A stretch of 64,000 nt of DNA from Octopus sinensis (lineage: Eukaryota): NCBI RefSeq assembly GCF_006345805.1, contig NC_043005.1:67580001-67644000 (forward strand). The letters run 5' to 3'. This document shows, one piece after another, positions 50,649 to 64,000 of the stretch (its first letter is position 1; each line of letters begins with the position of its first letter). A program made the position numbers and the translations under genes. The notes under the pieces were generated by a model that did no database searches, was not told where the DNA came from, and saw only the letters and a program-made list of their open reading frames with translations.

Positions 50649-51514
50649 CGAGAGAGAGACTATGACTGTGTGTGTGTGAATGTGTTTGTGTGTGTGTGAC
50701 TATGTCTGTGTATGTGAGTGCGTTGACTACTCTGTGCATGAAAATTGCAATTGATGATCACGTTTGAGAAATTATCTTGACGAAAATCTTATTAGGGGAT
50801 GTTATAATTTATTTTCGAAATATTATAAGAAAGCCAAGTTCTGTATATTAGAGATGTCTACCTAGTAAATATGATCGATTATATTACGAATCGAAATAAT
50901 GGTTGATCAGATTTACTGAAACTTGACCTCTAAGTTTATGGATATTTGATAAATCTATTCCATGACATAAGGTCAGATTGTTCATTGACATGATAGAATT
51001 TGTTGACAGCATCCCAGTATTCTGTCAAATGTAGTTAATGTGTGCGTCTTATGATCACATTTACTTCCACTTGTCTTTTTGGAAAGTTCTCATATTTTGA
51101 AGTTAGGATATTTCATTAAACACAGATGTTGCTTTTAATTGTACTTCCTTATTCAGCTTGAATAAATTGTTATTAAGATGAAGCTAGTAAAGCGATGTTC
51201 TAATTGTGCAAACTTCATTACTCCACTGTTGATTTAAGAAATGAAAATAAATATTGTACAGCAGTATTTAGCTATATATATAAATTATATATGATTTATA
51301 TATATAAAAATATTTTGACAAGGTTCAAAGCTAAATTGCGTTCAATAAAGGATGTGGTCACTTTTAATTAGTCTCCGTGTTCATTCGATCGATCACAGAA
51401 AAATATACAGCAAAAACAGAATCACTTTGATTTAAACTAGAAAAGTGAAACTATGTAGCATAAAGTATTTAATAATAATTTTGGCTGCTGAATTCATCTC
51501 GAAAAGATACAGCT

Positions 51515-52144
51515 TTCGAATTTTTGTCACAAGGTCAGCACTTTCAGAGGAGGGGCTAAGTCGATTACATCGACCCCCAATGCTCAACTGGTACTTATTT
51601 TATTGACCTTGAAAGGATAAGAGTCAAAGTCAACCTCGGCGAGATTTCAATTCAGAAGAGAAACACAGGCGTGCTAACGATTCTTATTTCTTTATTGCCC
51701 ACAAGGGGATAAACATAGAGGGGATAAACAAGGACAGACAAAGGGATTAAGTCGATTACATCGACCCCAGTGCGTAACTGGTACTTAATTTATCGACTCC
51801 GAAAGGATGAAAGGTAAAGTCGACCTCGGCGGAATTTGAACTCAGAACGTAACGGCAGACGAAATATCGCAAATATTTCGCCCGGCGTACTAACGATTCT
51901 GCCTGTTCGTCGCCTTGTCTCGAAAAGATATTGATTTCAAATTTTGGCTCAAGACCAACAAGTTCAGGGCAGAGGGTAAGTCGATTACATCGACCCCAGT
52001 GATCAACTGGTACTTATTTTATCAACCCCAAAAGGATGAAAGGTAAAGTCGGCCTCGGCGGAATTTGAACTGAGAATGTAAGGTCCGACGAAATACTGCT
52101 GAGCATTTTTCCCAGTGTGCTAACGATTCTGAAAGCTCGTCGCC
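51515..52144 (-). mobile_element. Three co-oriented SINE family C copies
   Basis: GTCGATTACATCGACCCC block near 51560, 51750 and 51980. Confidence 0.85.
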
Positions 52145-53176
52145 TTATCTCGAACGAATGTTATCATATACTTAACCTAACCTTTCAGCCGCTAAACCGG
52201 ATGTTCAACAAATTACAAGAAAATACTTGAAATGTGAAGCATTGAAATATACGGTGACATCAATCTCGCCATCATATTAATTATGAACTAAATAGCATTA
52301 GTACACTTCTATATCTCTAATTTGATCGAAATTAGATTCTTGGCATCACTCACTAAAACTCTGATTGTATTTTAACGATTTCATACAAACGCAATTTATC
52401 AGAAATAGAAAAATTAGATCTACCTGTCCGGGTTCAAGTTTCGTTTAATATTCATCAGAAATGAAAATACTATTTCATCATATGTATAATTATCAAACAT
52501 AGTTATTATATTCAATTCATAAGATCAGTTCATATAAACCGTGTTAATTTGACAAAATAACTTATTTTCATTCATTTACTAAATTCTGCTATAACGGCAA
52601 GTAAAACTCCTTTGTATTTTTTCCACCCTCTTTTGCAACCGGAGCTGTATTTTGAAAATTGTAAACATATATCTGTCTCCCTCCTTTAACGAAAATATTT
52701 TATGTCTCTGAACAGTTTCAAGCTTCACTTTCTATCTTCAAAGATTGAATATTATTCCATCTGCCCAAGGAGAAAAATGTTTGCAGCTGCTCATACTTCC
52801 TAAATGCCCAGCCAGTCATACAACACAGCAATTATCATTGGATAATATATGAGGTTTATTCCTATTCTCTAAGCAATAAGACATTAAGCATAAGACTACT
52901 AGATATAGCGGTTGGTATATTTTGTATAATGACTGTTATATGGAAAATAACTCGAGGGCATGTATTACGTATATTCCTTTTTACTTTCAGATATTCCAGT
53001 AAAATTTTTCAGCGAAGTTTCAGTAAAATTTATGGAACTGTTATGAATTAATGGATTCAAACTGCTAACATATGCACGCACACACACACATACATATACA
53101 TGTATGTATGTATGTATGTATGTATGTATGTATGTATGTATGTATGTATGTATGTATGTATGCATGTATATGTATG

Positions 53177-53207
<31 letters not shown>

Positions 53208-53391
53208 GCTGATATATACAGGTATGGTGATTCAAACAGGAAAAATAGAATTCAAACTATGAATATATGTATATTTTGTATGCAGATATATATATTCATA
53301 TATATCTATCTCACCCTCTATGTGTCCTTTCTTTCTCTTGCCATAAATAGTGCGTACATACATACATACATACATAGTTACATACATACAT

Positions 53392-53433
<42 letters not shown>

Positions 53434-53456
53434 ATGTGTGTGTGTGTGTGTTGTGT

Positions 53457-53533
<77 letters not shown>

Positions 53534-53764
53534 CATATGTGCGTGTATGTATGTACGCATGTATATATGTGGTTGTATGCGTGTGTGTGTAAGTGTTTTA
53601 GAGCCATACATTTGCCAAAAGAAACTGTTTTTACAAAGAAAAACTCTCAGCACATTGATATAAAAATCTTGTATATACTTATGTTTGCGTAAGGATGGTA
53701 TTCGGTATTTTTTGAAATCTAACATGAAATCACTAATGTTTTAACGTCCACAGGTCGCTGTATC

Positions 53765-53811
<47 letters not shown>

Positions 53812-54224
53812 GGCTGAGAAAGAGAAAAGCAGAATACGGTGAAGGATGGGGGAAACGATGCCTAGGGTGTTATTACTCAATGCCTTAAGGGTAACAAAAC
53901 AAGAAATTGCAACGAAAGTTGAGATGAAGTATATTTGGGTATCATACATAATATCAACGCTGTTATTGAAGATAATTAGGATGATGAACATGGTTAGAGA
54001 TATGGTCGCGGTTGTAGTGGCAGTGGTCATGAAGCCAGCGTATACACATAATCATCACAATCTTTGCAAATATTATCATCATTAACAACATCAGTCTCAA
54101 ATATCAGCAAAGTCATTATCATGATCAGCAGTTTAGCTATCGCAAATGATTAGCCCTTTGGCAAAATGTTTTACGTAATTTGGTTTTCAAGGTTTTCTCT
54201 AACACAGCATTACTTTATTAATAA

Positions 54225-54620
54225 CTAGCAGTATCGCCCGGCGTTGCTCGCGTTTGTAAGGGAACTAACTATATAAGCATTTTTAGAGATGTAAAGTATA
54301 ATAGCCATCTCAATATGGCTAACCACAAAGTGGGGGGGGTGTTACTGTAGCTTTTTACGTTCTGAGATTTAATAATAAATTTTTAGAGAGTTACTTCCCT
54401 TATATATGCCAAAAATGCATTAAAAATGGGAAAAATTATGATAATTTTTTTTTAATCGTAGACTCATCGTAGACGCGCGCTAATACACAGAAGGGCTCGA
54501 TATGAATCACGACTATAAGATACCCGGTTTTGGTTAAACTGCACCGCAAAATGTGGGAGTAGTTAGGAATCTAAATCGTAGGAGACAGACAGCACACAAC
54601 CTTACTTTTATATATAAAGA
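54225..54620 (-). mobile_element. Non-autonomous Helitron
   Basis: Minus strand reads A|TCTTTATATATAAAAG ... GCAACGCCGGGCGATACTGCTAG|T. Confidence 0.85.
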
Positions 54621-54651
54621 TGTGTATGTATTGTGTTAGCCTCTGTTTATA

Positions 54652-54717
<66 letters not shown>

Positions 54718-54786
54718 TACATATCCCTCACACACAGACACAAGTTATAATGTGTATATAAATAATGTTAATAATATATGTATGTA

Positions 54787-55047
54787 TACTCTTTACTCTT
54801 TTACTTGTTTCAGTCATTTGACTAGCCATGCTGGAGCACCGCCTTGAGTGGAATAAATCGACCCCAGGACTTATCTTTTGTAAGCCTAGTACTTATTTTA
54901 TCGGTCTTTTGCAGTACCGCTAAGTTACGGGGTCGTAGGCACACCAGCATCGGTTGTCAAGCGATGTTGTAGAAGACACTTGCCCAAGATGCTACGCAGT
55001 GGGACTGAACCCGAAACCATGTGGTTCGTAAGCAAGCCACTCCTACG

Positions 55048-55051
<4 letters not shown>
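54787..55051 (-). mobile_element. SINE family A (internally deleted)
   Basis: Homologous to 18174-18624. Confidence 0.8.
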
Positions 55052-55101
<50 letters not shown>

Positions 55102-55156
55102 CCCCCACACACAGATACACAGTTATAATGTGTACACATATTTATATACATATATA

Positions 55157-55189
<33 letters not shown>

Positions 55190-55224
55190 CTATATATATA
55201 TATAATGTTTATAATGTATGTATG

Positions 55225-55260
<36 letters not shown>

Positions 55261-56216
55261 TACATACTCATATATACATAGTACATACAATGAGGTTGCA
55301 TGGCTCAGTGGTCGGGCTCACAATCATGAGGTAGTGAGTTGGATTCCCAGACCGCGTTGCGAAATTTTTCCCCCACAAGAATTCTGGGCCCCAGTAATGA
55401 ATTTATTTGCATAAAGCCAACCAGAGCTCACCTTGACTTTGTTCTCAACGTTCAGTTCTCAGATTATGCCTAGACGCAAAGTCCAACATAACATTCGTGT
55501 ATGTGTTAAAAACAACCAATCTCTTTGTAAAATACACTCTACCAAGTAAACTCAAGTCGAAGAACAATGTTGTTAGTTGACCGATCGCCAAGTTATGCCT
55601 GATTTTAGAAGTAGACAGAGATTTGCATCTATACCTATTATCGGATTTTGTTTGCGTCCCATATGGTAAAGATGTGAATGGGAAAAATGCGGGTAGAGAG
55701 TGATGTGCTAGCAACCCTCACAAAGTAAACAACAACACAAATAACTACGCAGAGGCAGCCATGGTTGAAACAAGAATAAGATCAAGAAGCATTATTAAGA
55801 GAAAAGAAGCATGGTTATTTCTTATCCAAGTGACGTTATCTTACTGCCCATCACTTGTTATGTGCTCATAAATTAGTTTGATACTTGAGCTCTGATTGGC
55901 TGTATGCAAATGAGATCATAACTGAGGTCCGGAACTCTCGTGGGAAAAATTTCGCAACCGGGCTGTGTGTTGTTCGTGAGCAAGACACTTTATTTCACAT
56001 TACTCCGGTTCACTCAGCTGTAGAAATGAGTTGTGACGTCACTGGTGCCAAGCTGTATTGGTCTTTGCGTATCTCTTGGACAACATTGGTGGTGTGGAGA
56101 AAGGAGGCTGGTTTGCATGGTCAACGATTGGTCTTCCATAATCAACTTTTGTGAAGCGGAGGAGAACTTTTATATACACAGACATTTACCTGTTTGCATT
56201 TGCATATACGTATATG

Positions 56217-56527
56217 CAGGCGTTTGGCTTAGTTGTTGTGGTTTTTAGCTCACGGTCGTGAGTTCGATTCTCGGCGGTGCATTGTGGCCTCGAGCAAGAT
56301 AATTTACTTCCCGTTGCTCCAGTCCGCTCAGCTGGCAAAAATGAGTTGTGCTTATAATTCAAAAGGCCGGCCTTCTCACATTGTGTGTCACGCTGAATTT
56401 CCCTGAGAATTATGTTAAGGGTATGTGTGTCTTTGGCGTGCTGAGCCACTTGCACGTTAATTTCACATGCAGACTGTTCCGTTCATTGGTTCATCCGCAA
56501 CACTCGTCGTTGTAACCTACAGAGTGC
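56217..56527 (+). mobile_element. SINE family B-related
   Basis: tRNA-like head GTGAGTTCGATTCTC; body shares GGCCTT.TCACA with 36600. Confidence 0.65.
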
Positions 56528-56723
56528 AAGTTTATATACGTATATTTGCACTTTTATCTTTATTGATTAATTTCGCTTTTTTTATATCCATTTATCAGTT
56601 AAATTGTTAGTTCCTTATCTGACATTTTTCTATTTCTCACTGATTCACAGCTTCTCTATTTTTGTGTAAATAATATACCTATAAAATTTTGTTTTTGTAT
56701 GTATGTACACACACGTAAATAGC

Positions 56724-56831
<108 letters not shown>

Positions 56832-56900
56832 ATTACAAATACAAAAACAAACACATACATATACATAGAAATAATGAGAAAGAAATTGAGCAAGAGAGTG

Positions 56901-56943
<43 letters not shown>

Positions 56944-57898
56944 GAGTACGGCGTGTAAAATAAATTTAAATATACCAAAAATATACATCAACATACTAAC
57001 AACTTTGCCATAAATCTTGATTTTCCAACATCGTTGAATCGTTTATTATTTAGTCCTATGAGTGAAAAGCTATCCGTGCAGCTTTTGCTAATTAACAAGG
57101 ATTGAACAAATATCGCTCCTATGATTGGCTAATATAAACTGGCAACGAATTAAGCACGTATACACGCACTTCGATACGTTATAACAACAATACTTACATT
57201 TTGTTTGTATTTGTGTGGATGTGAGTGTATATATGCGTGTGTATGCTCACCAATGGACAAACATACACAGACACAAATTGCTTGATGGAAGTTAACAAAG
57301 TATTTAAAGTTTCACTTTCGTTGGCTTTAAAAACTAATAAATAATTATTTGCTGTTATAAATAGCTCTTGTGATTGAATTTCTTGTAACTATCATACATA
57401 AATACAATTTCTTTTCAAGTGAAAAGATTGTTGACGAAGATTTGGCCAAGAACAATCTTGTCCTCTACATAACCTTTTCCTCTATTACCACCAGATAAGA
57501 ATTGCCTGATTTTCGCTGCTAACGAAAATCGGTGGGACGGTCTTCACAATATGTTCAGTTTATAGCTTGATCCATCCCAAACCTGTAGCGTCTGTTTCAC
57601 ATGATTCAATAAGTTATTAATGCTTAAGTAGAGTAATAGTGCGAATAGAACGGTTTCACCAATCTACACACATCTCGAACAGACTTGGCTGATGAATGTA
57701 GATAACTCTTAAACCAGGAATGTCCTCTGCTCTAGTAGCATTACCAGGCCAAGAATTTCTGGAAGTTAACCATGGAACCCGAACCGAAAATCCTACAGAC
57801 TTTAATCGACGTTCAGAATTTTTCAATGAACTTCGTCGCTTTTGCACACCAACTTTATATTCCATAGAACTCCAAATAATAATACAGAAAATAGCACT

Positions 57899-59590
57899 AC
57901 CTTAAGTTTGGCAAGACTATCAAACCTACAAAAACCCGAAAATTAAGGAAAAAATGTATGAAAGCCATACTTGACATCGATACCATCATGGAAACCATCA
58001 AGCAAAAAGTATGTGCTAAAGCTGCCCACATAGCAACGTATGAAAAGCGCGTTAGATTCTTCAAGGACAGCAACAAGTTCAAAAATAACTCAAAAATGTT
58101 TACAGGAAGATAGGGAAAATACCAGTTACAGTAAAGTCTGTCCCATCAAAAGAAGTGCGGGAATTTTGGAATAAAATTTGGGCAGAAGAAATAATGCACA
58201 ATGAAAAATTCCCTTGGATTGATAGAATATCGACAGACTTAGACGCCTTACAAGAGAAAAAGTAGGAGGCTATTAAAGTAGTGGATGTAAGATCTATTCT
58301 CATGAGGTCAAGCAAATGGAAGTCTCCAGGAAAGGATAAAATTCCTGACTTCTGGTTGAATGCCTTACCAGAGAGCCATGAACTGCTAACAGAACTTTAC
58401 AACGTTGTTTTGCAACACCCTAGTATGATGCATATTCCCTAATGAGCAAAACAAAAAGGATATAAACGTGGGTTTTATGGTTGCAAAGATCAGCTATTTA
58501 TCAATAAGATGATCTTGGAGGATTGTTACAAATGACGCATAAATTATCGATAACCTGGATAGACTATATAAAGGCTTTTCATAGTCTACCACATAGCTGG
58601 ATTAAGAAATGTCTGGAAATGTATAAAATAGCGCCTACTCTGCGAAACTTTTTGTCTGTATGAGATCATGGAGAATCACACTGACTTTGAACCGTGACAA
58701 TGAATCTCTTAATGCTGGAGATGTTAGAATTTCATGTGGCATTTTCCAGGTTGACTCTCTATCACTACTCCTTTTTTTTTCTAGCCTTAATACTTCTCTT
58801 GAAAATGCTTAATGATGTACAATACGGTTATAAAATGTTTCATAAAATTATAAATCATCTCTTAAAAAAATTACCAACAACTACAGAGCTCACTGGCAAT
58901 TATTAACAATTCAATGATGACATCAGAATGCAATTTGACCTTGATAAACGTGCAAAAGCTACTTTTATCAAATGGAAAATGACACAAACATCTAATGTTA
59001 ACCTTAACCAGCAGACTGTCATAAAGGAGTTAGAACCAGCAGATATTTGGTATTTGAACCAGAGTTAGAACCAGCAGATATTTGGTATTTGAAGGGATTA
59101 GAGGTATTTGAAGGGAACTGTATCAAACATTCAGTGATGAGGGAAAGGCCCAAAAAAGAATGCTGTCGCAGGGTAAGATCAATACGCAAGACAGGGCTGA
59201 ATGCAAGAAACAGGATCGAAACGATCAATACTTTAGCCAGAAAATCTACAAACGTAAACATGACAAAGTAGCCCCAAACCTCCACTGGCTGTAAGTATGG
59301 ATATGAGGTTACGGGTACTTGGTACCAACATACACCAGAAAATGTAGTGGAGGAAAAGGGGAAAGCAAGAATCCTCTGAGACTGATTTCCAGACAGACAC
59401 GGTTTTAGAGCACCCAAGGCCGGATATACTAGCCTTTAGGAGGGACAGGCAAGAGTGTCTAATAATCGACGTAGCAGTGCTAGGAGACCAACATATCATC
59501 ATGAAGGAAAGAGAAAAAGTTGATAAATAGGAGACCTGAGAATTGAGATCGCTAAGATGTAGCAGCTACGAGAGTCGAAAATAAAGGTAG
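57899..59590 (+). mobile_element. Internally deleted R4/Dong-like LINE (RT + RLE remnants)
   Basis: WKSPGKDKIPDFWL, GCKDQL, WIDYIKAF..PHSWI, GIFQVDSLS.LLF, then HDKVA..LHW and PRPDIL..IIDVAV. Many stops and shifts; 35-bp tandem duplication near 59030-59093. Confidence 0.85.
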
Positions 59591-59697
59591 GAGCCATGTA
59601 TAGCGGCCAGTGTGACAAACCTCCCCTTCCTCAGAAACTGTTGGTCCTGTATCTAAATTAGAATCCATTATTATTGTGGTGATGAACTGAGGAATTG

Positions 59698-59895
59698 AGT
59701 CCCATCTGCAAGGTTATGCGCTGTTTATTTTGATATGAGAACACCATGTCATGCACATACGGTTGTGATGCATGTGCCTGGTGTACCCTTATCAGACGAG
59801 TAGTCATGATGGGTATACTGGGCTTCGTATATCTGTACCCCAGTGTCATTTTGATGGCATGCACTGCTCTTTCATTCAATAATAATAATAATAAT
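59698..59895 (+). mobile_element. Repeat 'D' 3' part
   Basis: Matches 12850-13028. Confidence 0.75.
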
Positions 59896-60359
59896 AATCA
59901 TCATCATCGTCGTCGTCGTCATCATCATCATCATCATCATCTCTGATTATCTGTCTAGTTTTCTATTCATTAATCTTCCCTATTCTATTTCGTTTTGCTT
60001 TCGTCATGTACCATATGGAATCTCACATTTTCTGCATTAATTTTTCTACCCTGTGCTGATTTGGGATTGTCAACCCTTTTCTTTCCTTTCATTTGCTTTT
60101 ACACCCCCTAGCTTTGATACCTTCATTCAATATTTAAAATCTCCGCACCTGTAACTCAGAAAACACCGCTGTTTTTGTGGAGATACCAGTGGCAACAAGG
60201 TAACAACAGATTTGTATGCGCTGCTGTTGGTATGACTGCTGTTGTTGCTGATAATAGTAATTTTCTTGACTATCTCTGTTCGACAGTGTTAATATAATCA
60301 ACTGAACTGTTTCTCCAAATATCGCTGGCCTTTTGCCTAAATAAGAAATGATTATTTAA

Positions 60360-60570
60360 AAGGCAGCAGATTTGGCAGAATCATTAGCGTATTGGGAAAA
60401 TGCCTTGTGGTATTTCTTCAGGCTCTTTATGTTATGAATTATGAATTCAAATCCTGTCAAAATCAACTTTGCCTTTCATCTCTCCAGGTTTAATAAATTA
60501 GAGTATTAGTATTGGAGTCAATATACGCTCTTCCCAAATTGCTTGCCGGTTCTCTAAGTTAGAAATTATT
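60360..60570 (+). mobile_element. SINE family C (degenerate)
   Basis: GGCAGAATCATTAGC head and GCCTTTCATCC block. Confidence 0.65.
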
Positions 60571-60729
60571 ATTTAGAAAACAGTATTTTGGCTATAAATG
60601 GTTAAAGCGTTAGAAAATGGCTCGTATTATTTCTTATGGCTTTCTAAATACGGGGAGCTGACAGAATGGTATAGAGTCAAATTAATGAAAAGAAACTGCG
60701 CAGATTGACAGAGATTATTATTATTATTA

Positions 60730-60772
<43 letters not shown>

Positions 60773-60784
60773 AACTATTATTAT

Positions 60785-61300
60785 TGAGTGAGAGAGCAGT
60801 GCATGCCATCAAATTTACACTGGGGTACAAATATACCCATCGTGACTACCCGTCTGATAAAGGTACACCAGGCATGTGCATCACAACCATATGTGTGAGA
60901 TATGGGGATCTCATATCAAGACGAACAACGTATGATCTTGCAGATGGGACCCAGTTTGAATTTTTCGAGGAGATTAGCACATGCCGCTCAAATGATCTCT
61001 GAATAAGGTTTGTTTAAGGATGACCAACGAAGTATCCATGTTTCCAAAGGTGAATTACACAAACCCTAAAGAATTCTTCTGAACACATGGCTTTGATGTT
61101 CCCTCACTACTTCTGCTCATGATCAGAGATGCACATATCGTCAGCCAGTAGGAGACATGCCCTACTGGTTAAGGTCAATCAACTGAGAAGCAAATCTGTG
61201 GTATTGAGCAGAATACTTGCTGTAGCCCATCTTTTATACCAAGACAAAACAATGCACATGACCACACCTCAAGTCAGTTAAGATCAGAAGTCATGAAAAC
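60785..61300 (-). mobile_element. Repeat 'D' copy
   Basis: Reverse complement of 12499-13028; (AAT)n tail. Confidence 0.8.
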
Positions 61301-61301
61301 C

Positions 61302-61927
<626 letters not shown>

Positions 61928-61931
<4 letters not shown>

Positions 61932-62615
61932 TAGTTTTATTTTTATAGCGTGCTTTCACTTCACTACCGAGCGCAGCTCTGTGTGCCTTGGGTATGTGCT
62001 GTGATTTGTTGTGATGCTCTGATGGTTATTGTATGGAAAGTGTTCTGCGTAGGATGTGTGCAGTGCCTAGTAGTGCAATTTTCTGCATGTTATATGTGTT
62101 TGTAAGTCCTGGTGTTTTTGTTATGTATTTGTCTGAATATTTTTTACCATGCCTAATGCACCTACTATGATAGGAATTGTTTCTGTTTTCAGATTCCACA
62201 TTCTAGTTACCTCTATTTCCAGGTCTTTGTATTTTGGGAGTTTCTCCATTTCTTTTAGAGACACGTTGTCATATGCCGGTATTGATACATCAATTAGAAA
62301 GCATTTTTTTTCTTCATGATCTCTGACAACTATATCTGGTCTGTTGGCCTTAATTTCTCTATCTGTGTGTATCGCATATCCCATAGTATGGTTGCTTTCT
62401 CGTTTTCTGTGACCTTTTCTGGTGTGTGCCTATACCATCTTTTTTCTGTTGTTATTCCATAATGTTGGCATAGCTTCCAATGTATGTAGGTTCCAACTCT
62501 GTCATGTCTGTGAATATATTCCTTCTTAGCCAGGACTGGGCAGCTAGAGATAATATGATTTATTGTTTCTTGTCCATCTCCACATATTCTACAGTTACTT
62601 GTAATATTTCTTTTC

Positions 62616-62616
<1 letters not shown>
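61928..62616 (-). mobile_element. 5'-truncated R4/Dong-like non-LTR retrotransposon (CCHC + restriction-like endonuclease)
   Basis: CRICGDGQETINHIISSC, NRPDIVV..FLIDVSIP..KYKDLEIEVTRMW, QKIALLGTAHILRRTL*; two frameshifts; (TAA)n on both sides. Confidence 0.9.
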
Positions 62617-62681
<65 letters not shown>

Positions 62682-62688
62682 CATTATA

Positions 62689-62723
<35 letters not shown>

Positions 62724-62724
<1 letters not shown>

Positions 62725-63265
62725 GAGTGAGAGAGCAGTGCATGCCATCAAAGTGACACTGGGGTAAAATATACGAAGCCCAATATACCCATCATGACTA
62801 CCCGTCTGATAAGGGTACACCAGGCACATGCATCACAACCATATGTGCGCGACATGGTGATCACATATCAAGATAAACAGCACATGACCTTGCAGGTGGG
62901 GCCCAGTTAGAATTTTCTTCAGGTTGAGTAGCCCATCCCGCTCAAAAGGTCCCTGAATAAGAGTTGTTTAAGGATGTTGAAAGAACCACCCATATTTCCA
63001 GAGGTGAATTATTCAAACCCCAAAGAATCCCTCTCAACACATGGCTATGATGCTCCCCCACTACTTCTGCTCATGATCAGAGATGCACATATCGCCAGCC
63101 ACCAAGGGACATGCTCAACTGGTTAAGGTCAAACAACTGACAAGCAAATCTGTGGTATTGAGCAGAATATTTGCTGTAGCCCATCTTTTATACCAATACA
63201 TGATAACACTTCCAATCAGTTAAGATCAGAAGCCATGAGAGCCAATGCCTTGTACTGCATCAGGG
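62724..63265 (-). mobile_element. Repeat 'D' copy, near full length
   Basis: Reverse complement of 12499-13028; TAA-rich on both flanks. Confidence 0.8.
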
Positions 63266-63758
63266 CATTATTAATATTAATTTTTATTATTATTACGAAG
63301 GCAGTGTTCTGGCAGAATCGTTACGACGTTGGACGAAATGCATATCGATATTTCGCCCGTCGCTACTTTCGGAATTCGACTAGACCACTTCCCCAAAAGT
63401 TTCAGGCTTTGTGCGAAATAATAGAAAAGAATATTTCTTATAGTTCTTTCTGTTTCGAGGTCGGCTCCCATTGATGTCAATTATTGCCTATTATCCTTCG
63501 AGGTCATTACACTTAATAAGTAGGAACCATGTATTGATGGTCAGTGTGACAAACCTCTCCTCCTGCAGAAACTGTTGGTCCTGTATCTAAATTAGGATCC
63601 ACTATTATTGTGGTGATGAACTGAGGAATATGCAGAGTATAGTATCAAATACTTTATAGAATTTGGTTTCATCATTCTATATTTTGAATTTTAAATCAGT
63701 GGTGGTGGTGGTGGTGGTGGTGGTGGTGTTGGTAGTAGTAGTAGTAGTAGTAGTAGTA

Positions 63759-63790
<32 letters not shown>

Positions 63791-64000
63791 TAGTAGTAGT
63801 AGTAAAGAAAGAAAAGAAAAACAAAGGAAGAAACGAAAATGAAAGGAAGAAACGAAAAAGAAAGAAATAAATAAATAAAGAAAGAAAGAAAGAAAGAAAG
63901 AAAGAAGAAGAAGAAGAAGAAGAAGAAGAAGAAGAAGAAGAAGAAGAAGAAGAATTTATTTTTATTTCGGCACAGTGCCCGCAGTTTTGTTTTTGACGGG

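Noticed and set aside
57650-57905. Overlapping ORFs on both strands upstream of the LINE
   Set aside because: No recognisable domain or consistent splice signals; cannot be supported without expression data.

Overview
AT-rich eukaryotic non-coding DNA, most likely from an octopod cephalopod. This is inferred from the extreme microsatellite density and from tRNA-derived SINE families I recognise as octopus-like. No host gene can be confidently annotated, and nearly all ORF-track entries are translated microsatellites. The window contains many transposon remnants: three tRNA-SINE families, mariner transposons and MITEs, non-autonomous Helitrons (one inserted into a LINE, with a second nested inside it), R4/Dong-like RLE LINE fragments sitting in (TAA)n tracts, an RTE fragment, and an unclassified ~530-760 bp (AAT)n-tailed repeat. 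The main discovery is about a dozen minimal type I hammerhead ribozyme (HHR) motifs in at least five repeat families. The best case is a ~360-bp retrozyme-like tandem unit at 20.9-22.9 kb, present as two diverged subfamilies with a conserved catalytic core and compensatory stems. These HHR repeats recur as fold-back palindromes with the same divergent geometry, including a near-perfect inverted repeat with 418-bp arms. All structures were derived by eye; no folding or database search was run.
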